Assembly (NCBI GenBank): GCA_009103225.1
Contig: RHPI01003753.1
Coordinates: 61,843-125,842 of the forward strand
DNA from: Chlorokybus atmophyticus
Taxonomy: Eukaryota > Plantae > Mesostigma and Chlorokybus algae
Length of the DNA stretch: 64,000 nucleotides
Reading direction: 5' to 3'
Below, in pieces: positions 1 through 15,634 of this stretch (position 1 is its first letter; every line of letters starts with the position of its first letter). A program made the position numbers and the translations under genes. The notes beneath the pieces are model-generated. The model saw only the letters and a program-made list of their open reading frames with translations. It was not told the DNA's origin and searched no databases.

Positions 1-293
1 GTTTGTATGTGCGTGTGCAAATGAGTGCGCACACAGCTGCATGCGCATGTGCGCTTGTGTGCCACGCACAATACATGTGCATGGCTGGCAAAGCACGCAT
101 GAATGGGCGTGTATGCTTGTGAATGCGTGTACGCGTTGGCGGGCGCGTACATGTGACGGCGCATGGGCGGGAGGGCGGGGCGGGAATGCATCTGTGCACA
201 AATGTATGCATGTAGGTTTGCATGCACGTCCACTTTTGGTAAACAGCTGCGCATTCAGCCTGGGTGCTGCCCAACTATGCTGCACGCACTCAC

Positions 294-712
294 TGGGTAC
301 TCTCCCAACCCTGAAGATTCCATAGTAGATCTCCATGCTTCTGCTTCTAGCCTGATTGACCCGCACACAAACACCTTGAGAGCACTCAAACTCTTCACAT
401 GCACGCAGTGCATGGACACATAGACGTATACAATGGGCTCACCAGCAGTCCACCTCGCCAGACCAGGGTGGAAGAGGCCAAGGCGGCAACGAGGAGGGCG
501 GCGACGGCGGCGAGGAGGAGGAGGGAGACGCACCGCCGCCGCCACCGCCGCCGCCTCAGCAGCAACCCTTCGTGTAGAAGCTCGCCGCCGCCGCCGCCGC
601 CGCCTGCTCCCCCCTCCTCATCGTCATCCACCCCCCCGCGCCCACCAGCGACGAGCACCTCCTCCTCCGCCGCCTTGTCCTCCTCCCTCTTGCCGCCCTC
701 CTCGCGCCTCAT
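294..712 (-). CDS. 5' exons of a putative type II membrane protein gene, probably continuing off the left edge
   Basis: ATG at 712 opens MRREEGGKREEDKAAEEE...RRRRWRRRCVSLLLLAAVAALLVAALASSTLVW (basic stretch, then TM helix). GTGAG donor at 442, 91-nt intron, in-phase AG acceptor into exon 351-294 (ARSRSMEIYYGIFRVGRVP). No family recognised. Confidence 0.45.
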
Positions 713-734
713 CAAACCAAAGCCCGTGGCCAAC

Positions 735-866
735 CCTGGCCTGGCCCGGCCTGGCTTGGCCTAGCCTAGTGGCAGCACCTTCCCCTACCAGGCCGGTGGG
801 TGCGCTCTCTCAACCTGGACACCGGCTGGCCTGGCCTGGTAGCCTGGCCCGGTAGCCTGGCCTGAC
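735..866. repeat. Imperfect (CCTGG/GGCCT)n pentamer repeat cluster
   Basis: About ten CCTGG/CCTAG-type units, e.g. ccctggcctggcccggcctggcttggcctagcctag and ggctggcctggcctggtagcctggcccggtagcctggcctg. Confidence 0.7.
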
Positions 867-1442
867 ATGAGCCTAAGAGCGACTATGGCCTACGACTGCA
901 GAGTAGCCTGGTCCAGGTCACAGTCACGCGTATCGGAGCGTGAGCTTGGAGTGGTGGACAGCGTACGTACTTGTACGCGCTGCTCTCAGCAGGCCATATC
1001 CGCCACAACTGCAAACTTCGCCCCCGCATGGATGGACATCGCATGTATATATATACTTCAACATGAGGACGTATACTCTCGTTCTCATTTGTCCAAACGT
1101 GCGTATGCACTCGTGACGCGTACCACCCACACCGAGCACTCGCACGCACGCACGCACAGGAGGGCGCGCAAGACGGAAACGACAAGAAAAGTTGCGGTCG
1201 AGTGATTGTTGTCGCAGACAGTGTAGCGTACGCAGGCGTCCACGTGCACGGATTTGTTTGAAACACACCGCCTGCTGGCTGAATGGTGTACGTGGCGTGT
1301 TGCTATGCATCTATTTGTTTGCAGTCCGCAGTTGAGCTAAGGTGACTGCCCAAACATTCGTGCAGTGTCCCGCATACGTCTGATTGAGGGCAATGTCTGC
1401 CTTTGTGTATGTACGCATATGCAGAAGTTGCTACCATAATGA

Positions 1443-2900
1443 TCACCGATGAGTATCAGTGTCAGGGTCATTGGGCATCAATGTTGCCTGTCCTCGCATT
1501 CTCATGAAAGGAGATAACAGCCTCATGCTCCTCATCTTTCGTTGCTGCGCACGCTGATGGTGTTCTTCCATCACACGCCAGTGCGGCGACAGCCACATTG
1601 CAGCCTCCAGCTCACAAGCTTCACGCGGTTGAGATACAAGTGCCTCTATACGGGAAACAAGATGATGATCAGCATGCCTGTGTGCGTGAATTTGCATGTG
1701 CATGCATTCGCGTGTGCATATGCCTACATATGCCTGCCTGTACATGTATGCGCGTTCGCAAGTGAGTGTGTGTGCTCGACACACAGGCTGTGCACTCTGT
1801 CATCAGACAGGCTGGCCAGCTTACTACCAACACTGGTTCCAGCAGCAGCTGCAGCTGTCCATACCAGTGCTGGTGCGGCAGGCTTGTTGCTGCGCTTGTT
1901 GTCGTGCGAGTCCCTTGCGTGGTGGGTGCTCTGTGCATCCCTGCGCCACCCTCCGTTCTGTCACCAGCGCCGACTCCATTGATGTTGTTGTTGCTTGTGT
2001 GTCTATCACTCCTCCTCCTCCACGTCGCAACATCGCAGCAGCAGCTCACTTCAGAAGGGCGGACACACGCCCATACGCACAAACAAACCGCAGGTAGCTA
2101 GGCAGAGGTGACTGTAGGCAAATGCATGCATTCACACCGCTCTCACACACTACCATTGCTAATCAAGCCTTACTTCACCACCCACTCCTCTTATGTACAG
2201 CAGGTACGGCCGCTGCTGCGCTTAAAAGCACGCCGTCACGTGCCGGGACGGACGACCGCATCACATCACATCACATCACATCACACAGGTCATGACATGA
2301 AACGTGTGAGGTGATTGAAAGGTAGGTAACGCCCCGTGTTTCTGGAAAGTTGCCCCGCGAGATCGCACCTGTCATGACAAGCTTAAGCTGTGACACCCAC
2401 ATGATGCCTACAGCCAGTGCACTTTCGAACCGCATCACCCCGCCTTAGCCATAGTCGTGTGGCTTCACGCTAGTGCGTCACATGATGCGACTCGCATCAC
2501 GTGGTGGGCGCTCATCATACCAGATGTGATGCGTCGGTGACCAGGAGCCCCTCCAAGGCAAGGCAGGGTGATGTTGGCTGCCTGGTGGCTCCTTGATGTC
2601 ACTCATCAGGGAGCCACCAAGGCAAGGCATCGTGCACAGAGAGGCAGCGTAGTAGTACATAAACCCACACCCGCACCTTGCTTGCCTCCAGAATGCTGGC
2701 TGCAGCTCTCTCTCGCGTGTGTGCGTGACCCCTCTCCTGCAGGCGGAGTGAGTGTGCACAGATGGCGCAGGCATGTCCGCAACGCCGTGCTGCAGCACAG
2801 CAACAACGACAACAACAACAAGCAGCACCACAGTTAGAGAGCTCTTCTGCCTCAGGTGCCTGTGTCGGTGTGTCACGCAACCGCACCGTGCTCGCAACAC
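1443..2900 (-). CDS. Putative multi-exon gene of unknown function (5' end unresolved, may extend towards ~4 kb)
   Basis: Phase-compatible GT-AG chains: Cys-rich exon (NCGAACCCCRCCCAAARRCGHACAIC...ILEASK) spliced to PTSPCLALEGLLVTDASHL. Later, ...QACRTST splices to a last exon EALVSQPREACELEAAMWLSPHW...THR* (stop 1443-1445). Middle exons not resolved. Confidence 0.35.
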
Positions 2901-4665
2901 CTATACACTTGCACTTTGCTGCCCTGCTCCTCTCTTGTTTGCACAACAGAGGAGTGGGTTACGGCTTTCTGGCAAGACAAGGAGGAGGAAGAAGGAGCGA
3001 TTGCAAGAGATTGCAGTGAGCAGAGCCCGCAGCTGATGACAGTGACAGTGACAATGATGTGAAAAGCTAGTGAGCTGCAGGGTTGGTGGGAGGCGACAGT
3101 AAACGGTAGTGACGATGTGGGCGAGGTGGTTGCGAATGTGGCTAGCATGCCGGAGATGATGCTGGCGTGCTAGCAGTTAGCAGAGTTCAACACAACCAAG
3201 CAGTGTGTATTTCCGTACACAGCGAGTGCGTGTGCACATTTGTGTACACAGCGAGTGCGTTTGCATATAAGCTTTGACTGCGCACATGGGCATGCCATCA
3301 AGCAGGTGTGCACACACGCACGCGTACACTCTCAACATGCGCATACACCCAAGCGACAACCTGCACATAGCAGTAAGACACTCGGCACCCTCAACAAACC
3401 ACACCCCTGCACATGCACGCATGCAGTCACAGCATGTCCATGCATATGCACTGCTGCAAGCAATGTGCGTGCGTGTAATATGCACGCACACATGCACGTG
3501 CACGCACATTGCCACATGCGCACAGGCATGCGGGCACGCATGTACTGCCTGCCAGATCAGGGCGAGCCTTGTCCTGACAACCAACCTGAAACAAAAGAAC
3601 CATTGAAAAACACAAACTGCAGTGCCAGGTGCACAGCCTATTTACTGAGCAAGAGGACAACATCGTCCGCTCGCAGAGATTATGATGCTTGCAAAAAAAT
3701 TTCAAACTCAGAGCGGCTCTGCCTACACACATCTACACAGCAGCCAACATGGCAATTGCATGTTGTGCTCTTTAGGCGTTTCTGAGCACCACCGAGTTTC
3801 CACAAGTGTTGGCCATGCTGCATTGATCAATGCAATCATTACGTGATTGATCACATCAAAAAGCACACCGTGTGCAGCCATTTCAACTGGCTGCAAACGA
3901 TCTGGTAAGGTTCTACCCAGTCTGGCGCATTGGCAACTTGCGTCGCAGCGGTTGCAACCTTCAGCATAATGAATAAATGCACGATACAGCCTTGTCCAAT
4001 CGATCTTTACCTTCCTTTACAATACTAATTAGCCAGTTCGGGATCGGTGCAAAATGTGTACAGCTATACTGGAGAGTTGCAAATGCTGACCGCATTTGGC
4101 AGTGACTTAGAGCCATTTGCCTGCTGGATTGCACTGTTAATAAGCATTGCTACGACAGCTGCCGCGCAGCATGCGCACTACCAGTGTATGCACAACGACT
4201 AGCACTAGGGCTTGGGCTAGCTTATCTGATGTTGCTGCCACTACTGCTCGTTTGATATCCTTGATATCCTGTTTGATCTTACCTACTGCTGCGCTGTTGT
4301 GGTCCCAACCTCACCTAGTACCAACATGCACAATCAGCGCGAGGAAGCTGTCCAAAAGAGTGAAATCAATGCATCCAACTGGAGCACTCATAGATGGATA
4401 TTTTGAGCTCACGTTCAGCAGCAGTCACCGACTTTCTCAAAGGACAACATGCATACTGTAACAAATCGTGGTGCAAAACAAAATCACAACAATGCCTCGT
4501 ACTGCGTCCTTACACGAGCAAACTCACAGCCAGATGTACTGGCAGGTAACGGGGAGTTCACTGGTTTACCACCATGACTAGCGGTCATGCGATGGCAGGT
4601 CTACTTGATCTACAGCCTATGCAGTACAGGCGGCCCGCGACACTACACAAGACACAATACTAAAT

Positions 4666-6741
4666 CTAATCCTTGCCGTCACCCTTGCGGAGGCTGCCAA
4701 GGGCAATTGGGGCCTGTGTGCCAACCACTGTTGATGTTGAAAGCCCAGAAATGTCAGCGCCCGATGCCTTCTCCTTCTCCACCTGAATGAAGTGAACCAG
4801 TCAGGCATTGCTAAGTCCACCTTCACGCCTATGCAACAATGCTATGCACCGCATCACATTCAAGAACATGCAACCAACCTGCTCAGTGATCCAATCGAAG
4901 GTAATCTTCAGGCCATCCTTGAGTGCGGTGGGTGGAGCCCAGCCAAGCTTCTCCTTGATAAGGGTGTTGTCGGAGTTGCGTCCGCGCACACCCTCGGGTC
5001 CCGGGAGATGCTTAATGGGAAGGTTCCTGCCAGTGAAGTCCAGCACCATCTTGGCCATGTCGTTCATGGCGATCATCTCGTCACTGCCAAGGTTCAGGGG
5101 CTCCGTGAAGTCAGACTTGGTCAAGCGCAGCACACCCTCGACACAGTCATCAATGAATGTGAAGCTGCGTGTCTGGTTGCCATCACCCCACATCTCAAAC
5201 TCTGTGGTGGCTGTGATGGCCTTTCGGCAGAAGGCAGCAGGTGCCTTCTCCCGTCCACCTATACAGGATTCCACATTAGAAAATTCACAGATTAGACAAT
5301 GAATACCCATTATTGAACAATTAGTAGAAGCTTGGCATTAGACAGAGCAAAACAACAAGCCTAACACTCTCTCTGCTGTTTGAGGCCCCCTGGCCAGCTG
5401 GCAGTTGCATGCTTTGACAAGTAAGCATAGGGATGCATCGCGAAAGCTCTTACCGCGCCATGTGCCAAAGGGGCCATAGATGTTGTGGAAGCGACCAATG
5501 CGGCACTCAATGGCGAAGTCCTTCTGGTAGTGCTTTGCCAGCTCTTCGGAGGCGAGCTTCTCCAAGCCGTAAGCATCTTGAGGCTGCAAAATGTGACGGT
5601 GAGAACATGCAGACGGTATGTCAGCAGCTTATGCCTAAGTGGTAACTGCTGCAGAACGCAGTTGTACTGCATTGCTTTTAACTTAACAATGGCATGCTCA
5701 TCTCAGACAAACACCAGCAAAATCACACAGCCCAACTTCAATGCAGCATGTCGACGACCAACTCGGACAGGTACTGCCAGTAAACAAACAGGCAGAAATT
5801 GTTTTATCTCACCTCAGCAGGCCATGCGTCTGCCTCCTTGAGGCCAGGGTTCTCAGGGTCAAGCTGCTTGAACTCTGGGTAGATGCAAGCGCTGGAAGCA
5901 TAGAAAAAGCTGCGCAACAAGAAATGGCAAGCGTGAGAACAAGTCTCAAGCCATGGAAACTTGTGCCAGTCTCAACAGCAGAAACCTGCATGCAAGCTAC
6001 AGACAGCATGAGAACGACCACGGGTCAGTGCACTTGGGCAGTGTAGAAGCAAAACCTCACCGCTTGACATTGTTCTGTCGGGCGGCCTCAAGCATGTTGA
6101 AGGAGATCATGGTGTTGTTGTACATAATGACGGAGTGGTTAGACTGGATGAAGCCCATGCCACCCATGTCAGCCGCGAGGTTAAACACATGATCGACACC
6201 AGAGGTGACCTGTAGGCATACACAGCCAGCCATTGTCAGCAAGCTATGCCAGTGGCCAAGCTCACAACGTTATTCTACCATCAAGCTGACATTTCCACAG
6301 TCAACACATTGGACAGCATCCACGCATTGACAGCTGTGCATGCCAGCAACAAACTCAAGTCCCTTGCATTGAAAGGAATGATCCACAGTCACGAGAATGG
6401 TCGTGGACGACAAGTACAGACACAGCACAGCCATACCGCACAATGCCGTGGGCAACAATGCAGGTGGCACTACATCGCACAAAGCCTGGCAAAATCCACA
6501 TAAAACAAGTATGGTTCTGCACCTTGAGGCAGTTCTCAAAGACGCGAAGGTCGACAAGATGGAACTCATGGCAGAACATGTCCTCCGTCATGTGCTCATT
6601 CTTCTTCCAGTCGGCGCCGATGATGTAGTGGCCCTCGGACTTGAGGCGGCGGGCAAGATGGGAGGCAATGAAACCGCCGGCGCCGGTAACGCAGATCTTC
6701 AGCTTCTGGGCGGGCCAGTAGGGCTCCTTCTCCAGCGCCAT
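4666..6741 (-). CDS. GME: GDP-mannose 3',5'-epimerase (ascorbate/cell-wall precursor synthesis), 6 coding exons
   Basis: MALEKEPYW..KICVTGAGGFIASH, FNLAADMGGMGFIQSNHSVIMYNN, FFYASSACIYPE, PQDAYGLEKL (YxxxK), GGREKAPAAFCRK, WGDGNQTRSFTFIDDCVEG, C-terminus VVGTQAPIALGSLRKGDGKD*. GT-AG junctions in phase. Confidence 0.97.
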
Positions 6742-7686
6742 CTTCGCTGATGAGGTGTGTATGCGCCGCCCTGCAGGTGAACGCTGTTTGCCTGATAGCA
6801 AAGAAGTAAGCACTGGGTGCACAGGCAGCGGCAGCTAGCCCAGCAACTCTCCGGACGGCGACAACGACGGCGACTACCTCACCACCAACTGAGCTGTGAC
6901 AGCTTTGTCTGTAAGCTGAAGTCGTCTGCTCACTGCGCACGTCGAACCGTAATCGCGTTACACCCTTCACCACCTCTGAAAGCTTGTCCGCCACCCCTTA
7001 TCTAGTCTATCAATACGGTTACAAAGCAACGCTCTTGACGATACCAGCGAGGCAAACAGCGATGATATCCACCTTATAGTGCTGGGTAGGCATCAGATAT
7101 CTGTATATGGCCTGGTCGTATCATCGACGTTCCGCCGTTACTTTCACCACTCACGTGAGTGTAGGCAAGGCCTAGTCTACAGTCTTCACACTGTGTGTGA
7201 ATCACACCACCGATGTTCGTTACAAAGCTTGCATCGTATTATTCGCAGCACGCTGTCTTTTCCGGAATGACGAGCGCCTGCTAGACGTAAGTTGAGTGTA
7301 CGTAAGCTTGCTGCCGCAATGCGACCATAGCCACGCACGTTATAGGTGCAGTAGTAATATTTTATTCAACGTTAGCGCATGGGGGCGCGCGTGACCGCGG
7401 ACTTCGTGCACACTGACCGCCAGCCTAGCAGTGGACCCATCGCTGGTGCCTGAGGCCCTAATGCATGCCATTGATGCTTGAGAAGCCGTGCCCTCGGCGT
7501 TGGACTGCACCACCGGACAGAAAAAGCTTGGACATCGGTTGAACCGTAACCCGAGGAGCAGGCGTAATCTCGAGGATTCCGTCAGCGGTTACCGCAGTGC
7601 GGTATCGTGAGGCTCAGATACGATTGGTATTTTGCGTTGGGAAGTTTCCGTGTATAAGGAAGTTCCGTGTTTGACTGGGGTTGGTT

Positions 7687-7695
7687 TTAGGGTTT
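7687..7695 (-). promoter_or_regulatory. Telo-box (AAACCCTAA) upstream of the ProRS start codon
   Basis: ttagggttt, ~50 bp before the ATG at 7743. Telo-boxes are known to be enriched in plant translation-machinery genes. Confidence 0.5.
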
Positions 7696-7742
7696 CTGTG
7701 AGATTAGTGGCGTGGGTGTTAGCGGTGTCCATTTTGTCCGCC

Positions 7743-10916
<3,174 letters not shown>

Positions 10917-12160
10917 TTCTCTCGTTATAACTTTGTGAAGTTGTAGGCTGCCAACACTTTTCACTGCAGTCACATGTAAGCAAACATCAAGCTTGGCGCG
11001 CACGCTTTGACTGCATTGCGCACTGTAAAGGATCTGATATTTGTCTGGGATCAGTCCGCACAGCAAGGGGATTGTGGCCCTGTGTGCATATATCTACAAA
11101 GGGCGGTGCGAATCACGGATATGACTGCAAATATATACAGATCACTTGCGGGTTTCTGCAGTAACCCAACACCACATTCAAGTTGTTGCTTCACCCTATC
11201 TATAGCAAAGCTAAGTGTGACAGCGATGTATCGCTGTAACACTTAGCGAAAGCCATGTCACATCCATGTTGTTGCCTCACTTAATTTTAAGCCAAACTAT
11301 GATGCATCCCTGTCTCTTGTTCATTACTCTGTTGCACTTGCTTGTTGTTTTTGGGGGACATCTCTATGTCACCCTATGCGTTACCAAGTGTACTGTGCAA
11401 CTTGGGCGGACATCCCCAACGTTACGTCACTAGAGGTAAAAAGCATATGACGATGCTTATCATGCGGACAAGCATAGCAGTGTACAGCAATAGTAAATCG
11501 ACACAATAACAACGTGCCAGCTGTCTCCTCGGAACTCCTCGGAACTGGCAGATTCACACCCAAACCAGACTTGCATGCTTGCACGGTGCTGGCAGGTGAT
11601 CTACGGCCCACACTTCTGTTGTTCTGCTTCCTTCCCCCTCCACCCTGTTGTCTAATAGCACATATTTACATATTTAGTGTAGCAGGCCCCCCACCTAGGT
11701 ATTTGCTGTGTTGCTGCTGTTGTTTTTATTGCTATTGCCCTTGAGATGCCGGCTGCCTTGCTTATCCTATCCTATTGGCCCACGTGTTATATCTTGTGTG
11801 CTTCCCATACCACGGGACAACTCAAGGACGAGGTTGTGTGCATCCGTGTCACAACTTGGCAACGTGTGACCGTGCCATGACATCGCAAGCAACTTTCAGC
11901 CAACAATGTTGACATCACTGTGCAATGCGAGCTTGCCTGTCTGCAGTAAAACTACAACAGGCAGCAGCTCAGACAGCGTGTGTGTTGATGACAATGTCCA
12001 GCTAGCCCCAGCATTGCTGTTGAGCTCTGATTAGCCCTAATTATTATGGGCTGAATACGGTTGTAGTCACTACGTACGACATATGGCTGACATATGGTCG
12101 GTATCACGTATACCAGAGATGTGTACGTGAAAGCCAGGTAGCAGCGGAGCGGATTGGGGG

Positions 12161-14328
12161 TCACAACTGCGGCGTTACAGGTCGCCGCGTGTAGCGCCTG
12201 TGGTGGCTTGAACTGCACAGCAGCTGTTGCCTGTACTGAGGCAGAGCTCTGCAACCAAAACAAAACCATGTATTAGCCTGTGTTACAGACAGTGTCACAG
12301 ACAATATCAACATATGCACTGGCATGAAGGTTCACACAATAAGTACATATCCCACCTGAACTCCAGCGCTTGCAGTCGGAGCTGTTTGCCTTCATCATTG
12401 TCCATGAGAGGACATTTGCCAACAACGTCAGCGAGGTGCTCAATGGACATATGCGGGAAGCGAATCTGAGCAGAGACACAGACGCGCATGAAGAACTGAA
12501 GTGACACAGAATACACCTTTGTGCAATAATTTTAATAAGGACAACTGTTGGAGGACATCAAATCCAAAGGTAGTAATGCCAATCCATACCTGTCGAGCCA
12601 ACTGCAGAAACACAAACTGCTTGTCTTCGTGCTTATGCTCATCATGCATTGAAGGGGTGGTGGCTGGAAAATTGTGCTCTATCCAGGCAACGACAGCATC
12701 AAACACAGTGTCTTCTGACTGTACGCACAACTCGGGGGAACTCAGCAACAGCTCCAGCACACCAGCTGGCAGCGTAAGATATTCTTGCCATAAGGGGCCT
12801 TTCTTATTGCGAGCGACGAAATCAAAGTCGCCAAAATGCTTCAACAGAATTTTCGTTGCGTTCTCGGCCAAAGCATCAAGACCTTCCAACTGCACAGATG
12901 CACAGACTGTTGGCCTCCTTGCTGCAAACTCTCCTAACACCACAAGCATAGACAGCACGCACATACTTGGCAAAGCGATGGCCGGAGAGAAAGGAGCGAA
13001 ACAGAGTTTTGCAAAGACAAAGACATGTTGGACAGTGCCCTGACGCACGCGCGTGCACACGCCGTGGCATTGTACTTGTCTGCAGAGGCAGCACCCAGGT
13101 CAGCATCAAGCGCTAGACACCACTCTGTACACTCTGATATTCAGGCTGCAAGTACCTGCAACTCGCAACAAGCGCTGTAGAGCGCCGGGATCATTTCTTG
13201 GCAACTTGTCGGTGTAGAAATAGCACAGCAAGTCCATCATGGCTTGCTGCTCTGTAAATAGGATTGGTTGGTTACCAAACCAGCATCCCACAAAAGTGCT
13301 TGCAGTGTTTCGTATACACAATGAAAGTGCTGTCTTACCGTGACAGGGCATCTGTAGACGGATGGATTTTGCTGATCCTTGACCAATGTCGCAAGAAAAC
13401 AAATGCAAAAAGAATGGGGATTTAGCACTGAGGATGACGGAGTTGACCCGTATTTCATGGACTGTGTGCTGATGGCAAGCCAGCGTGCACGATGGGCAAC
13501 CCAAGCAAATGTGCAAGGGTGCATGCCGCGACTCTGACGAGCACGTTCTGGAAGTTGCACGCACGCGTACATAGAGCGCACTTCCCGCAACTCTGAGATC
13601 AGCTGCACCAAGGTAGACCTGAATTAGTGAGTGCTCTACAAAGCAGTGCCTTGTCCATGCAAGCTATGCACATACTGCCGTCACTGGTATCGCTTGTGCT
13701 GGCAGATGCCGAAGGGCTCGCGGCGTCATCATCATAGCTCACACCCTCGCATGCAACAGCCAACATGTAGTCTCCATAGGCCGGGTTGTCATACGCAAAA
13801 GCAAAATTGTCATCAGCGTCCCTCTCTCTGTCAGCCAATCATCCGTTGTCACGAGGTGAACAACAAGGGCTCTGTATGTGGCCGTCTTGCATGTAAACAG
13901 CCCGCACGCCCGCACGCCCACGCCCACGCCCACGCGCACGCGTGGCCCCCCCGCCCAAACTTACTTACCTTTCGTGGTTGCTTGGGGCGCAGTAGGCGAT
14001 GTTGTGTTGCGAAGGGGACCAATCTGCGAGCAACCACACGCAGCCCAGCTTACTTGCATGAAACTAATAAAGCGTGAGTCCAGTCAGCATGCAGAATGAG
14101 ACACTCGGCATTACCTTGATTGCTTGCTGCATCAGCAGCCAGTTGGTGAGGTGAGGCATCCGTCTCTTCCGGGCCTAAGATCCAATTCTCAGCCACAGCA
14201 AGAACTTTACAGGGCAAGCCCCACAGCGCTCCATACGCCCGCCATGTGGCGCGCCAGGGCACAAACAACAGCCTGGTTGGCAGTGACCACACCGCAGATG
14301 GCGACGCCAGCAGCTTTCCTTCACCCAT
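12161..14328 (-). CDS. BTB/POZ-BACK protein, LRB/POB1-like CUL3 adaptor
   Basis: NFAFAYDNPAYGD; IRVNSVILSAKSPFFLHLF; AMMDLLCYFYTD; LELLLSSPELCVQSEDTVFDAVVAWIE; IRFPHM; spliced end QALEFRQQLLCSSSHHRRYTRRPVTPQL* (TGA 12161-12163). The start at 14328 is inferred from phase-compatible upstream exons and is less certain. Confidence 0.85.
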
Positions 14329-15530
14329 TAGCTCCTGCACAAGTGCATGAACTAAACATCACATGCGAGTCTCAAGTAACCAAGCTTGTTGCACTTATGG
14401 GTGACAGGCACATGTGGCCAGCAACTTGTGAACAACCCAGCCCAAGCTTGACTGAAAGGTGAGAACATGTGACCCTAGTCACTCAACAGACTGCTCTACA
14501 CAGATGGCTTTCCCGAACCAGCAGGTGTGCTTGCTGAAACTCTTGAGATCGTCAAGATACTGCCCGTGCAGTGTGACTTAACAACCCATCACACAGTTCT
14601 TGCCTAATTCGCAGGCTCACTGCTTCAACCGCACAATCGCCCTCCTCCTGCTGCTGCTCACTTTCAACTGACCAAACAAGTGCTTGTGCAGCACTAGTTT
14701 GGTCAGGATGGGCACATAACTGCAGTATAACGGCAGTAACAGTGGCTGCAGTACAACGGCAACCTAGAATTGAAGCTCAGTCAGACCGTTGCAAGCCGCA
14801 CGCTGCTAGCATGAAGGCCTACACTTGTGCGGAGAGCAGTAGCTGCTCACAAGGTACAGGGCACTCTCAGAAACAAATTCTGTGCAGAAAAGGATGACTG
14901 CAAGTGACGAGCAACGACTCGGTTTTTGCCGAAGCTTGCTGTGCAGCTGCAGCCACGGAGCATGCCGTAAAGGACGCATTGCACATGAACACCGCAAGCT
15001 GCGAAACAGCATGCTTGCTAAGCATGCTGTGTACGGCTGCAGCAACCGTAAAGCATGGCATAAGTCGCATTGCACGCACACAGCCATCAGAGCATCGCAG
15101 GCAAGCTCTCCGCACCTTTCAGTACGAGCATGCACGAGCATCCTCCTCCTCCCGCAGCTCAGCGCCTTCCTCACCGCCACTCCCGCCGCCGCCGCCTAGA
15201 ATTTGCTCACACAACCCGTCACATTTGTCAACGCAGGAGCCCATATCGAGGTGTCGTGAGGACGATATCAGCCATCTAAACTGTTGACATCGGCAGGCTG
15301 ACGTCAGCTTGTGGTGCGAAACGGAAAAAACTAAGGTTACACCAACCAATCATGTCACAAGTGACATCGACGGACGCGTGCGCCTTGTGGATGGCAGATC
15401 AGAAGGCTGTAATTGGCGCGAAGATTTGTTGCTTGAACTGCGTTATCCGACTTTTGAGCTGTTGACATTTGACGTGGCTGTTCGTTGTGGTCGATGGTCG
15501 GCGGTCGGCAGTCGGCGGACTTGCGCATGG

Positions 15531-15538
15531 AACCCTAG
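15531..15538 (+). promoter_or_regulatory. Telo-box-like motif (AACCCTAG) upstream of the NUA ATG
   Basis: aaccctag ~50 bp before the ATG at 15588, the same relative position as the ProRS telo-box. Confidence 0.3.
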
Positions 15539-15587
15539 ATTTCTTAGGCTAAACCTAACCAGCGGCGTTGGCGCTGGCGTTGGCGCC

Positions 15588-15598
15588 ATGGCGCTAGA

Positions 15599-15634
<36 letters not shown>

